NCBI GenBank assembly: GCA_965369865.1
Contig: CBDURU010000081.1
Coordinates: 1-17,271, forward strand
Reading direction: 5' to 3'
From: an uncultured bacterium
GTDB taxonomy: Bacteria > JAJVIF01 > JAPKYR01
Length of the DNA stretch: 17,271 nt
The notes beneath the pieces were generated by a model that ran no database searches, was not told the DNA's origin, and saw nothing but the letters and a program-made list of their open reading frames with translations. Within the stretch, counting starts at the first letter, position 1, and each line of letters opens with the position of its first letter. This document shows, piece after piece, positions 17,180 through 17,271 of this stretch. Both the position numbers and the translations under genes were made by a program.

Positions 17180-17271
17180 TTATTCCTGGATTCTATCGAC
17201 TACACCGGCGCCGACTGTGCGGCCGCCCTCACGGATCGCGAACCGGAGTCCTTCCTCCATCGCGATCGGCG
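17180..17271 (-). CDS. tuf: Elongation factor Tu, 3' end (partial, runs off the window)
   Basis: Hand translation PIAMEEGLRFAIREGGRTVGAGVVDRIQE*, the canonical EF-Tu C-terminus; not in the ORF track. Confidence 0.97.
   Translation of the reverse strand, partial: PIAMEEGLRFAIREGGRTVGAGVVDRIQE

Noticed and set aside
1..17271. Alternative genetic code, tRNA genes, CRISPR, IS elements, introns or inteins
   Set aside because: TGA terminates several genes at their canonical ends (rpmJ, rplN, rpsI), all genes are uninterrupted, and no intergenic gap shows a cloverleaf, repeat-spacer array or transposase

Overview
The window is an almost entirely minus-strand bacterial ribosomal-protein superoperon (S10-spc-alpha clusters, standard code 11; TGA is used as stop). 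Transcription order: tuf (3' end only) - rpmG - rpsJ - rplC - rplD - rplW - rplB - rpsS - rplV - rpsC - rplP - rpmC - rpsQ - rplN - rplX - rplE - rpsN - rpsH - rplF - rplR - rpsE - rplO - secY - adk - infA - rpmJ - rpsM - rpsK - rpsD - rpoA - rplQ - truA - rplM - rpsI, then an intrinsic terminator. Two genes missing from the ORF track (the tuf 3' end and rpmJ) were translated by hand. This is core housekeeping DNA, and I see no mobile element, CRISPR array, RNA gene or accessory system. Notable points: (1) a zinc-free L33 gene sits between tuf and rpsJ with no room for an S10 leader; (2) rpmD (L30) and map are absent from their usual positions; (3) there are extensions or substitutions in uL5, uS5, uL18, uL3, uL4, bL17 and RpoA, suggesting a divergent lineage; (4) there are several candidate cis-regulatory elements, namely a near-consensus internal promoter before adk, an anti-SD hairpin over the truA ribosome-binding site, a hairpin before rplM and a long hairpin downstream of the terminator.
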